A stretch of 64,000 bases of DNA from Lama glama (GCA_028534125.1 CM052817.1:52826001-52890000); one strand, 5' to 3'; positions 26,184-39,224 are shown, counted from the first letter of the stretch. Translations and numbers: made by a program. Notes: generated by a model from the sequence alone, not told the origin.

Positions 26184-26380
26184 TGTGCAGTAAAGGTTTA
26201 GCTCAGCAGTTCTGGGTTGCCCAAACCCTGCACATTCTACAGTTTTTCAGGAATGTTCTTTAAGCAGCCCTCTGAGTGATGACCTCTGAACCCATGGGAT
26301 GCCCTGGCTGAAAGAATGTCTCTGTATACCTGAGGCCTTGAGCTAAATGAGTTACTTGATGCCAACAATATGATTTATAG
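26184..26380 (+). mobile_element. 5' part of an ERVL-class LTR (MER77/MER68-like)
   Basis: TGTGCAGTAAAGGTTTAGCTCAGCAG...CCAAACCCTGCACATTC...GTATACCTGAGGCCTTG...GCCAACAATATGATTTA. Confidence 0.65.
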
Positions 26381-26439
26381 CAAATGACATCTATGACAAT
26401 GGAATTATATGCTACAATCAGCTAAGATTGATCCCTGGG

Positions 26440-27510
26440 GTGATCAGTTGGTTTAATATCTGAAGATAGTTAGTAGAAAGTACTAACTTAACAGACTCCT
26501 ACATGATCGTATAAAAAGATTTGAAACTATAGAACAATCACTTGAACATAATACACTTCTTTACTGTAAAAACACTGAATGAACTAGGAATAAAAGGGAT
26601 TTTCCTCCCTTGATAAAGTGCATCTGTGCAAACTTGCTACTAGCATCATGTGTAACAGTGAAGGACTTCTCCAGATATGATGAACAAATCAAGGATTTTT
26701 CTTTTGCCATTTTTCTTCAACATTTTAGTGTGTATCATTCTAGGTAGTACAGTAAGACAACAACAACAACAAGAACAACTAAATAATTTAAATGCATACA
26801 CTTTGGAAAGAAAGAAGTAAAATTATATTTCCTGCAATGTGAGTCTGTGATCCTGGATTTCTCACAGAAGATGTGATCCTGTATGTAAGAAATCACAAGG
26901 AATATACAAAAATCACGATAATGAACATATTTAGCAGAGTTGCAATATACAAGTTCAATATACAAATATCAATTACATTTTTATATACTAGCAACAAACA
27001 ATTAGAACTTGAAAGTAAGGAAACAATTGCATTTGTGATAGCAATACAAAGATGAAACATTTTTAAATGTTATAAAGTAATAAGATGACAAGGCACAGAC
27101 TGAGAAAAAATATTTTCAAGTGATAACTGTTTAAGGGCTTATCTCAGACCATATAAAAGAATGCTTATTTTTCATTAACAGGAAGACAAATGGGTTAAGC
27201 TGAATGATTAAGCAGTGCCTGAAAAGATGATGGATGAATTTTCAAAGCATTGTGGTAAGTGAAAATAGACTCCAAAGGCCACATTCTATATAATGTCACT
27301 GATAGGGCATTTTTTAAAATGCAAAAATCTAGAGACAGAAATCAGATAAATAGTTGCTAGGAGTTGAGAGTAAGTGGAAGAATTTGTTACAAGTGGGAAT
27401 AAGACAAATTTTGAGGGGGTGATTAAATTGTTCTATATTTTGTTCATGTTGGTGATTGTGAAACTTCATATATTTTTAAAACTTACCAAACTTTGTTATC
27501 AAAAAACCTG
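26440..27510 (+). mobile_element. Old L1 (L1MC/L1ME) ORF2 RT remnant and 3' UTR
   Basis: AACTAGGAATAAAAGGGATTTTCCTC...TTGGAAAGAAAGAAGTAAAATTAT...TTTAGCAGAGTTGCAATATACAAGTTCAATATACAAATATCAATT; 3' UTR GAGACAGAAATCAGAT...TTGTTCTATATTTTG. Confidence 0.8.
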
Positions 27511-27607
27511 CATTGGATAATATATATTATACCACAAATTATTAAAATGCTATTTAGTGAAACTAAGCAATACATTACAAAAAAATAGTCTTAAAATATT
27601 ATCAGAA

Positions 27608-28355
27608 TTTCAGCTCCGATTATAATGTAGAAAGGTGCAAGGGAATGTCACTCCAACTAACAAGGAGAGAAAGCTCCATACTCCACGAAAGGATGACTTC
27701 CCCTTGTACATCAGTAGTGAATTTGCAAAGTAAATCAGTCAACTGAATATCCAAGAGGGATAATCGCCTATGAGGTGAGACGGGACATGAACTATTTCCT
27801 TTGCCTTTCTAAGGTCATTGAAGGAAAAGACAGTCACCATAAAAGCAGACAGAAACAGCCAATCATTAAGATATCTTAGATGCTGAATGTGAACTACCAA
27901 TTTAGTGTTGTATCCATGGGAGTCCCAAACACAAGACAAATCTGAAGTTGCTGGCAGACTCTCTTCCATAGGCCTCCATGGGTGCTCTTGATTAAGATTT
28001 GGGTCAGGTCTGGAGATTGGTGACACATAGAAACAAAGCACCATCTGCTTCCCAAATACTTACTTATAGGAAATAAAAGTTTTAAGCCACTGAGGAAAAA
28101 GTAAGGATACCCTCCTGCTTCCAAGGTCCAGGCAAAGATCCATTGCTTGGATAGAGGCAAAAGCTGTTATCCACAGAGAAGGAAGTTATGCAAACAAAGA
28201 GAATACTTCTGTCCTAAGCAAAGGCAATGGACATCTGAGAGAACAGAAGAATTTTCTGGTCCAGAAGAGGGAAAGTAAGCCATCTTTGCCTTCATTATGA
28301 TGAGGCAGGAAACTCTCTCACCTTTTCCTGGTCTCAGGCAAGGGTTCACTGACAT
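27608..28355 (+). mobile_element. Old L1 5' UTR (L1MC/L1MD-like)
   Basis: Starts TTTCAGCTCCGA...GTCACTCC, like the reverse complement of the 5' end at ~49640-49695; GC-richer than its flanks. Confidence 0.5.
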
Positions 28356-28369
28356 GGAGATATAATTTC

Positions 28370-29020
28370 TATATCATTCCTAAGAAAGTTTGTCTACTAC
28401 CAAGTCAGCAAGACATTTTTCCTATATATTCTCCTAAAAGGTTAATAGTTTTTAGCTTTATTTTTAGGCTTCTGATTCATCTCTAACTTTTGTGTATAAA
28501 GTGAGGAAGATCCAAGGAACATTTTATTGATCCATTGGTCCAAGACAATTTGTTTAAAATGCTTTCTTCTTCAAATTGCATTATCATTTGACACCTTTGT
28601 CAAAAATCCAATGGCTATAGGGGAAATGGGGAACATGGAAATTTCCATTCAATGATTATAAAATTTCAGCTATGTAAGATGAGTAAGTTCTAGAAATCTG
28701 CTGTTCAACATCATTCTTATAATTACCATATTGTATTGTGCACCTACAATTTTATTGAAGGTAGATCTTGTTGAATGGTATTATCACAATAAAAAAAAAT
28801 CAAATGTTTGAAAGTAGGGGTCTGTGATAGAGCTCTCTGTTCTGTTAATCTGTGTGTTGATCCATGGACCAGTGCCACACTTAGTTATAGTAACTTTAGT
28901 TACTATAGTTACAGTAACTTTATAATAGATCTGGAAATTAGGTAATGTGACTACTTTTTTTTTTAGTATCTCTTTTCAAAAGAATTCTGGGTATTCTAGG
29001 TGTTCTAGGTCCTGAATTTC
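28370..29020 (-). mobile_element. Old L1 ORF2 3' region, interrupted by a second L1
   Basis: TTTTTCCTATATATTCTCCTAAAAGGTTAATAG...GACACCTTTGTCAAAAATC...CTCTCTGTTCTGTT...CCAGTGCCACAC. Confidence 0.7.
28618..28799 (+). mobile_element. L1MB/L1MA-type 3' tail nested in the opposite orientation
   Basis: GATGAGTAAGTTCTAGAAATCTGCTGTTCAACAT...GGTAGATCTTG...CACAATAAAAAAAAA; degenerate TSD AAAAATC(C/A)AATG. Confidence 0.8.
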
Positions 29021-31029
29021 CATTAAAAAAAAGAGGTCTCTGCCATATGCTTTCTAGCAATCAACTAGAAAACTGAGAAGTTCATCTTGTGATAGAAAGC
29101 AGACAAGTAGAAAAGCTACGCGGGGTCACCAGATAACCTAAAGCTGTTATTGAGGGAGGATTTTCATATATAGACACTGAAATAAAAGATCTAACAAAGG
29201 ATAATGTCCACTCTTCCCCAAGCAACTAGCCTAGGTAAGCAGAATTGACTCTTTTATTCAAATTCTTATGTGTTCGTCTTCTGTTGTTAAGTATAACTTA
29301 AAAAAATAAATTTGATTTTTATTTAAAAATTAACATATCTAATTTAAAATGCTTGGAAAAATATTTTGTCCCTCTGTGTTTCCATAATTTTAATTTTTTA
29401 GTGTAGGGAACAGAAAAAGCAAGAATATCTACAATCATTTTATTTTCTGCAGATTATAACTGGGGCAGTTTCATACTTGCTTATTCTATCTAGCCATTGA
29501 AAATCGTGATCTTCAATTTTGCCCCAGAAATGCAGGAATCATATTGATATTGAAAACTGAGACTGTGAGGTCTATGAAGAATGGCAAATACAGTGAAAAC
29601 ATACTGATATGACTAATATGCACATGAAACACACAAGGCTCAATATATGAATACTAAGTATGAATGGGTTCATCTGTACTCATCTCTTACCATGAAGTTA
29701 AGCTTTGCTTACAGACTGTCCAAAGAAAGTCCAGCTAGATGGGCTTTTCAGAAATGGCCAGCAAACAGCCATGCTCTTCAGTAGATGTGCCTCAGCACCC
29801 CCAAGTCCTCAGCTTCATCAGTTCTCACATTTGGGAGATAAATGAGTCACAAGATGGCATGGAAAGATTTTCTGAAAGTATTTATTTGGGTTTATTTTAG
29901 ATGCCTCCAACTAATGTATTGTGTGAACTGATCTGAAAGTTTGACATCAACCTGGCAGGAAGTTCATCCTGGCCAGTTCTTAGGGTACCTATTTGGCCTG
30001 GTTAGTAAATACTCTTATTATCACTGTCAAATTTGAGGTAACCAAGCCTTAGAGTTTACATTTAAACTATAAACTAACTATACTTCAACAGAATTTTTTT
30101 TAATTTGAGTTAACCAAGCCTTAGAGTTTAATTAAATTTATGAAAAAGTTAAAGTCAGTGGGTAATAATATGAACCCTGAGTTTTTCTAACTCTGGAATA
30201 TTTGTTCAAAATCACTACAGTATACTGCCCTTATTTGTGTAAAATAATGTATCTTAAAGGGTAGAAAGATATGCCCCTTTTTTCAAGAAGTGGTGCATTC
30301 TTAAAGGCTTTGCTAGAGATAGTAGATTAAAAGAAAAATGGAAATTTTAAGTGGAGACCCAGAAGGAACAGTTTTTAAATTAATCATCATGACTGAGGAA
30401 GATAGGACTTCCACCATTACATGCAAAGAGTTAATATATTTTTATCAAATAAAGAGAAGAGATTCTTAATTAATTACTAGCCAAAAATGCCAATTTGTAG
30501 ATGTGAGTTACATTTATATGACAACTCTATTATAAGGGAAAATTTTCAAGACAATAAGTATATTTTATTTATATAACATTTCTTTCTAGAGACATCAGGG
30601 TCATTAAGATTATTTTACAAATTCTCAGAAATATCCATACATATCTGGGGAGTAATTATTGTACATTGCTAAAAAATAAATTATAAGTACACAAAGATAA
30701 AGATGAACAGAAGAGGTCTACAAAGAACATGTTACTGTTTACTGAATACATTCTGGAAAATTTTTGTAGTTGTAAACGACAATGCAGGAATCTCAATTAC
30801 ATTTAATGTAACACTTAAGAGAAGTCAAAAAACCTAGAAGAGATTTTACAGAAGTGTACACTGTAATCTACAGTAATAGACATTTAAGATACTGAAAATT
30901 TATCGAGACAAATGAATAATATCTCTGAATTGAATAATTTTACATTCTTTATTTTTATATTATAAACAAATTTTCAAAGATGTACAAAAGAAGCAGAGAA
31001 AAACATAAAACAAAAGGTCAAATTACCTT

Positions 31030-31276
31030 TGTTTATCAATTAGAGTTCAGTTAGGGATTTTCATAAAAACTTCACGGGTTTTGCTCTTAAGGCTTCTCCA
31101 ATCTCTAATTGGACACGGTCCATTCACATTGTTGAAGGTAATTCTCTTTAACTAAAGTCCACTGATTGTAGGTATTTACCACATCTACACAATACCTTCC
31201 CAACAATACCTAAATTAGTGGTTCACTAAATAATTACATGCTGTAGTGTATTAGACATATAAATCTCACCTTGACA
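31030..31276 (-). mobile_element. MLT2 (ERV-L) LTR fragment
   Basis: CCATTCACATTGTTGAAGGTAATTCTCTTTAACTAAAGTCCACTGATTGTAGG...ACCACATCTACACAATACCTTC...ACCTAAATTAGTG. Confidence 0.75.
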
Positions 31277-32744
31277 CTTTGTTGCAGATCTTTTAAAAAA
31301 CTTTGTTACAATACTGCTGATCAGTGTTTGTAAATTAACTATCTTCTATTATCAATGATTTTATAATGTAATGTGTAGATAAATTCTTACATAGAATAAA
31401 GTGTCCTAAACAAAGGGGAATAAAATAGTTAATTTAATACAATACCTTTTCCATATCCACTGGTTCAATATTTTAATCATATAGTACTGTTAGTGTTTTG
31501 AGTTAAATGCTAGAAGCTGAATAAATATGAAAGGAAGTCCTCTACAGTTTTATACATCGAGTCTTCAACGCCTCTTTATCACACCTTTCTGAATTCTAGA
31601 AGCACTATGAGTGACAATGAGATATTTTGCTTTCACACATTTTCTGAGTGATTCTAAATCCTTTTAGGCTTTGAATAGGACCCAGATCAAGGATTATCCT
31701 TATTGCCTTTTTTTGTCCAGTGGAGTTTTTTTTTCAATAATTGTAACATTAAGTATTGTCAAATTGACTCAGTTACAGGATAATGTGTGTGAGCATTCTG
31801 GAGGGACAGAGTGTGGAAGTGCTACAATCACTATCTAAGACTCAGTGCCAGGGAAAGGGTCATGTTCAGTAGTCATATCAACAACTACCATATTCTAACC
31901 AGACCATCCATTTGTGTCAAAATTTTGGATGCAATCTTCATTTTTTGCTTCTTGTCTAGGTGGGCTTCTCAAGTTTATATCACTGATGATTTCCAAAACT
32001 TCCCTTGTAAGTTAGTTAGAGTCCTGATATGACAGTATTAGAGCCTTTTATAGAAATGTAATTACCAGTCCCTTTTGCTTTTAAGTTAAGCTACCATGAC
32101 AGAAAATGTGGTATATAGCACTATATAAGTGAGAACAATGAAAAAGTCCTCACCTACCCATAAAATGACAAACTGTAAAGATCTTGATGACAGAGAGGGT
32201 ATAAAGAAATTTTATAAAGGCTTGTGTGTAATGCAATGTTTCCCAAGGAACCTATATTCTTTAAAAATCTTCCAGTCAGTAGGACAGTAGGAAATTTTTT
32301 GTATACTTAATAGCTAAGATAGTCAATACTCTTTTGAAACTACCATTCAAAAAAAAGATAATGATTGCAATTTGACAGAAAATAAAGCTGATGAATAAGC
32401 CAATTTCAAAGCCTCTCAGGCTAGTAGTAAATCTCCTGATCTAAATTAAATGGTAGAAGCTCCACACTGCCAAATGGAACAATATTATAACTCTTATTTT
32501 TTATAGTACATTTCACTTAGATTTTTATAGGAAGAGGTTATGAAAAAATTTAAATATGTAAATTATTTTACTGACACAAAGAGATTGCATTTTTTCAATA
32601 AAAATACCAGATTCTCACTCTCAATTACATTCCATATGATATCTGTTCTCCTAAACATGGAGATTGATGTCCATCTTTTTGAAGAACAAATACAAAGAAA
32701 CTGACACATCCTAATGACTGAATTCTTTGGAAAAACTTAAATTT

Positions 32745-33520
32745 GCAGGAACAGGAAGCAAAAAATATTTCAGTAGGACATTCAGGGTAATAATAATAAT
32801 TCTATTTCTACCCCTTGATTACTGGACCTGTGAATCCTGGGTATTGGAGGAATAGCACCATACCTTGAACGTTGCTTTATAATATACAGCCTTCTGAAGA
32901 AACTTGCCCAAGTCCTGCAGGGTATTGCCACCTAGCTGGCACTGTAACGCAGTCTCCAAAAGGTCATTCCACCATTCTACCAAACCAGCTACTTCAGGAT
33001 GATGGGAAACCTGATAAAACAAGTGAATTTCATGAGCATGGGGCCATTGACGCATTTCTTTGCTGTGAAGTGAGTTCTCTGATCAAAAATAATGCTGTAT
33101 GTAATACCATGACAGAGGATAAGTCATTCTGTAAATCTACTGACAGTAGTTTTGGCAGAAGCACTGTGTACAGAGAAGGCAAATCCATATCCTATGTGTC
33201 TAATCCAAAAAGAACAAAATACTGAGTCTTCCATGATGGAAACTGTCCAATGTAATCTGCCTGCCAGCTTGCAGATCATCCTGGGGAATGGTGCCCTATC
33301 AGGCACTCAACATTGGTCTCTGCTGCTGGAAGATTGGGCACTCAGCAGTGCCAGATCATCCTTGGTGAGTGGAAGTCCATGTTGCTGAGCCCATGCATAA
33401 CCTCCATCCCTGCCACAGAGGCCACTTTGTTCATGAACCCATTGGCCAATGATAGGAGTGGCTGGGGACAGAAGCTTGGCTGGTATCCACAAAATGAGTT
33501 ATCCTATCTTGATTTTGAAA
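32745..33520 (-). mobile_element. ERV-L internal fragment: decayed pol integrase (zinc-finger region and DDE core)
   Basis: Minus-strand pieces LSPATPIIGQWVHEQSGLCGRDGGYAWAQQHGLPLTK, WQADYIGQFPSWK, GYGFAFSVHSASAKTT, SIIFDQRTHFTAK and HHPEVAGLVEWWNDLL...LQKAVY match HERV-L integrase. Broken by frameshifts and a stop at 33124-33126. Confidence 0.92.
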
Positions 33521-33699
33521 TTTAAGTTGCTTATCACAATCTGCTCAAAGAAACAGTTAATTTTCCTATAATAGTTAACAGTTAGTTGATTTGAAATGGA
33601 ATTAAATAGGATAATAAGATTTTTGTTGTATCACATACCATGGGTGTCAATTATGTGGTTTGGGAGGGTGTTATCTGATGTATTAAATTAAGAACATGT

Positions 33700-34205
33700 G
33701 GGTTATGACTTGCTGAAAGAGGAGATACAACCCACCCACGTGGTGTCCGCTGGTTGCTCGTTTGGCATCTGAACTCCCACTTTAAGGAAATGAAAACCCA
33801 AAGCCTCTGGGGTTATTTTCACTGAAGTCACAGTTTCAACACACTCACACAAAGGAAGTAAAAAAAAAGAGTTATTACTTACAGATCCCAGAAACGGGGG
33901 CACACAGTGAGCCTGGAGAAAGAGCAGTGCTCTCTCCCAGGGCAAAGGTGAGCCAGGATAGAGTGGAGGGCAGCAAGCACCTACTACTTACAACATGGTT
34001 GGGGCAGCGTACACTAACTTTTCATAGGCTCAGTTCTAAGTGGTTATTTTAAAAGTTTTCCTGGGGAAAAGCAAAGCAGGAGGAACTTGTGGTAGAAATC
34101 TTAAACTCAGGTCCTTATCTAAATGTCCAAACTCCGGGTGTGAGGAGGGTTGTTACACCATAAAATGCCTAGGCAGCAACTCAGAATGGCTGTTTTCTCA
34201 TCACA
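33700..34205 (-). mobile_element. ERVL-class LTR (MER54/MER73/MER74-group-like)
   Basis: GAGTTATTACTTACAGATCCCAG motif; GC-richer block ending ...TTCTCATCACA. Left boundary uncertain. Confidence 0.55.
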
Positions 34206-34898
34206 GTATACCATGTGCAAAGTTATTTATCCATTATAATCATTTCTGTTATTTTCTATCTTTGTTAAGATGATAATTTAGGATATTTAACAGTTATTTC
34301 TGTCCATTGGTCTATACTTTTAAAAACTGTCCAAAAAATTTTCCTCTTCAATATAGAGAAATTTTAAGTAAAGTTACTTTATCCAACAGAACCAGCTTCA
34401 TAGAGTCTCTAATATTTGATTAACAAATAAAAGCTACTTTAGATATCAATCTATTGGTCCATTTTGCTCTAAATAATGTAAACAAATGCTGAGGAGTATT
34501 TTTAAGACTTCAAGTAAGATACACTGAAATTCAATATATTTGTTGTGTCTGTCTGTTTTACTCACTGCCAAGTTTAATTGGTATAGTTTTCCTGGAAATA
34601 TGCTATCTACCATAATCCAAGAATGGAGTTAAGGTTTTATAAAGCAAAACTATTCCTATTAGTGTGATCATTTGTTTTGGGTGATACAGCTATATAACAT
34701 CTATTTCCTCATTCTTGTTGTGGCCATCTAAGAATGTTTGTATTCTCCTTCAATTGACTGTAAGTGGCTATGTCTAATATATATTTAAAATTTCCCCAAC
34801 TAAAAACATACATGGAGAATGTATGCCAGGCCAGGTGACATTTTCAGCCTGAGACCAAGGAGAGGTGAGTATGTTAACTTGGACACAGCCTTTGTTCA

Positions 34899-34966
34899 TT
34901 TTTCTTTCTTTCTCTCTCTCTCTCTCTCTCTCTCTCCTTCTTTCTTTCCATCTTTCTTTTCTCTCC
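34899..34966. repeat. (CT)n / pyrimidine-rich simple repeat
   Basis: Directly visible. Confidence 0.9.
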
Positions 34967-35589
34967 AAAGTCATAATCATACCAAACATTCGACTGTACA
35001 ATGATAATGATTAGGTGGATATGGTTGACTATTGTCTTTTTTATGATTCATGGAAATATACACTAGTTACTATTGTCTTTGAATTCACAGAGTAAGTTTA
35101 ATTAAAATTGTAGGTATGCAAATTATAAGCTCACTTCTCATGCCACTATCCATTTCACTACCCTAAAGAAGTTATTGTTACAAATATGTGTGTGTGTGTG
35201 TGTATTCTACTCAGTGATTTAATTCCTTCAGGCTAAAAGTCAGCATTACTACTTTTTAAATTATTTTTAACAATCAGGAGGCAATTTTCCCTTAACAATG
35301 TTCAAATTATAGTGCTGAATATTTCCACTCATATTTATAGAAGTTTGTTGTGGTCTGGGACTGCATAAAGAAAATTATTCACAAATAAGTAAATAACTTG
35401 AAGGAAATCATCCACAGAGTTTCTTCTCAATGGTTTAATTTATAGGACATTATTAAATCTTACTATATAAAAATTATGCATAGAGAATTTGATCTATACG
35501 GAAAATTCATTGGCATGTTTGCAATCATGTTGTAAAAGAAATCATTTTGAATTACCCTAGTATATTTTACTTTGGGTAATTAATTACTT

Positions 35590-38400
35590 TTTAATGCATT
35601 TCATTTTTTAGAACAGTTTCAGATTTATGGAAAAATTGAGACAGTAGTACAGAGTTCTCACACACCTCAACTCAGTTTCCCCTATTATTAACATCTTACA
35701 TTAGTATGATTATTTGATACAATTATGAACAAATATTAATGCACTATTGTTAAGTTGTCTACAGTTTATTAGATTCCCTAAGTTTTTATTTATTAGATTT
35801 CTTCTATATTCAGTTTTACATATAAAATATAGCTTTACATTTAGTTGTTATGTCTCTTTAGACTTCTCGTCTTTGGTAGTTTCTCAAATTTTCTTTGTTT
35901 CTGACAACCTTGGGAGTTTGAGGAGTACTAGTTTTTGTATTTTTTAAGATGCCCTGATATTGGAATTTGTCTCGTGTTTTTCTCATGGTAAGACTGGGGT
36001 TATGGGTTTTGGGAGAGAAAGACCACAGAGGTAAGAGCTATTTTCATCACATCATATCAAAGGTACATACTATCAACATGATTTATAACTGGCAATTCTG
36101 ATCTTGATCATCTGATTGAGGTAATATTTGTCAGGTTACCTCACAGTAAAGGTTCTCATTTTTCCCCCTTTCTATTCTTTAAAGTTGAAAGTATGCACGT
36201 TGAAAGAAAGTCACTATGCACAGTTCACAAGTTATGTTCACCCTTCTCGAGGGTGGAATATCTACATAAATTAGTTGAAATTCTTCTGCATGGAATTTAT
36301 CTTATCATTATATATTATATAATATATTATTATATTCATATTATTTTATTTTATTATTTTATTCACATATATTATTTTATTCATACTATTTATTTATATC
36401 CATATAGACTCATGGATGTCTATTTTGTATTTTGTTAGAAACAAATACTACTTTGTTTTGTTGTCCAGATTTTTCCAGTTGTGGCCACTGGAAGGAAGCT
36501 CTTTCAGTTAGCTTCTGTGCTCTTTTAAAGTAGCTCTAGCGATTTTTTTTTTTTTGCACACTTCTTTATTTTTTTGCACTACAAACTGATCCAGGCTCAT
36601 TTTGCATATTTCTTGGTCTAATCCTCAAATCAGGTATTTCTCTAAGAAACTCTGTTTCCTTTCATCAGATAATATATTAGGAGCCAAGATCCGGGTGCTC
36701 ATTGCTTCTGTGGTACCATTTCTTTTAGATCCTCTCAGCTGACAAAGCAATATATGCGTGTGTGTGTATATGTATGTGTGTGTGTGTGTGTATACTAATC
36801 CAAGTATTTGCATATATCTATAAATATATGCATACCTAAATGTCTGTATCTTTTTTGAGCCAACATGAGTTCATACTGATGTCTCCAATTCTAATTCATC
36901 ACCACTTGGACTATACCAGTTTTCTCACCTTGTGTATCTTCACACTCCCAATCCCACAGTGACAAACCCAGCTTCCACTGTCTCTTATCCTTTTACATTT
37001 TTGTTCCATCCCCATATAAATATATAGTACTATAAAAATTAATTCATATTCTCTTGACTACTTTATAAACTGGTGTATAGGGCTTGTGTGCAGTTCCTTA
37101 CAGATTTCACTCATCCCCCAAATTTCTTTGGTCATCAACGCTCTCCCCATAACCTTCAGTGAGATTTTTTTCATATATTTGTAATACAGTTAGATTCTCT
37201 TGTCTCAGGCTGCAGGGTTTCTGGGATCCCTGACTGTACATGACTTGTATATTTGCACAAATTAAGATTCATTCCTTGTGTTATAAAGTGGCATGGGTCT
37301 TGACAAGCACATAGTGTCTTTTATCTACTATTACAGTATCCTTCAAAGTAAATGCACTGTCCTAAGAAGCCCCTGCATTTCACTTATTCATCCCTCACCC
37401 CAAATCCTACAAACCACTAAGTATTTCAGCGTCTCAATAATTTTGCCTTTTCCAAAGTATTATAAAGCTGTAACCATGCAGTATGTAGACTTTCAAAATG
37501 ACTTCTTTCACTTATCAATATCCATTCTAAGTTTCCTTCATGTCTTTTTATTGCCACATGGCTCATTTGTTTCATTGCTGAATAATATTTCTTTGTACAG
37601 ATGTACTAACGTCTGTTTATCCATTCACTTTTTGAGTAATGTCTTGGTGGGTTCTAGCTTTGGTGATTATAAGTATATATTACCATACAGGTTTCTATGT
37701 GAATACAGACTTTCAATCAATTGGGAAAATATTTAGAAGCACAATTGATGGATTATATGGTAAAAAATATGTTTTGCTTATAAGGGACTGACAAACTGTC
37801 TTTCAAAGTGCATGTATCATTTTGCATTCCCTCAAGCAATGAATAAGAATTCCTGCAGCTCTACATTCTCACCAGCATTTGGCATGTTAGCCATTCTAAT
37901 TAGTGTGTAGTGATGTCTCATTGTTGCTTAAATTTGCAATTCTATGATGATAAGTAATGGTGAGCATCATTCATGTTTATTACCATCTGCCTATATTCTT
38001 TGGTGAGAAGCCTGTTAAGACATTTTGCTGATTTTTAATTGTTAAGTGTTGAATTTCAGCTGTGTCAGTCCTCTAACTTTATTCTTCTTTAGCATTGTTT
38101 TGGATCCTCTGGCTGTTTTTCCTTTGACCATGCACTTAAAATCTATTTGTGCAATACCCACAAAATAATTTTGTGGTATTTTCACTGGGATTGTGTTTAA
38201 TCTATGAATCAAAAGGAAAGTGGAAATAATTTATATCATCAAAATATTGTTTCCCATTCAATGATCATGAATAATTATCCATATTTTTAGATTTTCTCGG
38301 GATTCTTGTTACCAAAGTTTTATAGCTTGTATATATCTTGTTAGATTTATATCTAGAAATTTCACTTTTGTGATGCTATTGTAAATAATATTGTGAGTTT
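35590..38400 (-). mobile_element. L1MC/L1MD 3' end with ORF2 C-terminal remnant
   Basis: TTTAGAACAGTTTCAGATTTATGGAAAAATTGAG...CAGTTTCCCCTATTATTAACATCTTACATTAGTATG; GACCACAGAGGTAA...CATATCAAAGGTACATACTATCAACATG; TTTGCATTCCCTCAAGCAATGAATAAGAATTCCTG. Confidence 0.85.
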
Positions 38401-39224
38401 TTTGTTGCACTGTCTAGAAACCAAGTACAAGGAAAAATTTTTAAATTATAGTCTACCTCAAAGCAATATTAATTCTATGGCGCATTTCAAAACAATCAAC
38501 TAACTTCCTAAGGAGTTTATTTTGTTTTTAACTAAGCAAAAATAACATCAATGTGGATTGCAACTACACAAATGGATCTACAAATAGAATATTATCCTTA
38601 TGAAAATGTTATTTTAAGATGTTTATAACACAGTTAATGTCCTTTCACAATACACAGTCTAAGTCTGAAATGTTTTTTGTGTTCATGCCATCAAAATACC
38701 TATTATTTTTCAAAACTATGTATACTAAGAAAATTGTATTCAAAATAAGATATAAATTTCATTTTGCAAATGACTTAAATATATCGTTGAGTATGTGAGC
38801 CACACTATATTGCCTCATTTGTCAAGGGTCACAAAACACAAATTATTTGAAGACCCTGGTTTCTAAATATGCAGCAACAATAAATAATTAATCTTACCAC
38901 AGGCAACATTTTCATAGTTCTCCTACTGTATGACAGCTGGGCCTCTTTAATATCCCAAACCATAACTGATTGGCTAATGCCACTTGTTCAGCACAAATTT
39001 CAAAAGCCGTTCATTTGTATGCAATAAACAAGCACATAAAGTAAGCATACTCTTTGCAGAAAAGATAAAATATATACTCTAATCAAAAGTAGGAGCAGTA
39101 AATGAAAGAATGTACTGGAGGAGAAAACTGTGTAATTTTGTAAACATCTAATATAGTATATAAAGTGAAACATTAAGCCATTATGATGACTTTCTTAATA
39201 CACTGTAGTTTCAAAACTAAAAAG

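Noticed and set aside
32819..33492. Domesticated integrase gene
   Set aside because: The domain is split across several frames, with a stop codon and a damaged zinc-finger motif.
37293..37736. Longest real ORF (147 aa)
   Set aside because: It lies antisense within an L1MC/L1MD 3' region and has no recognisable domain.
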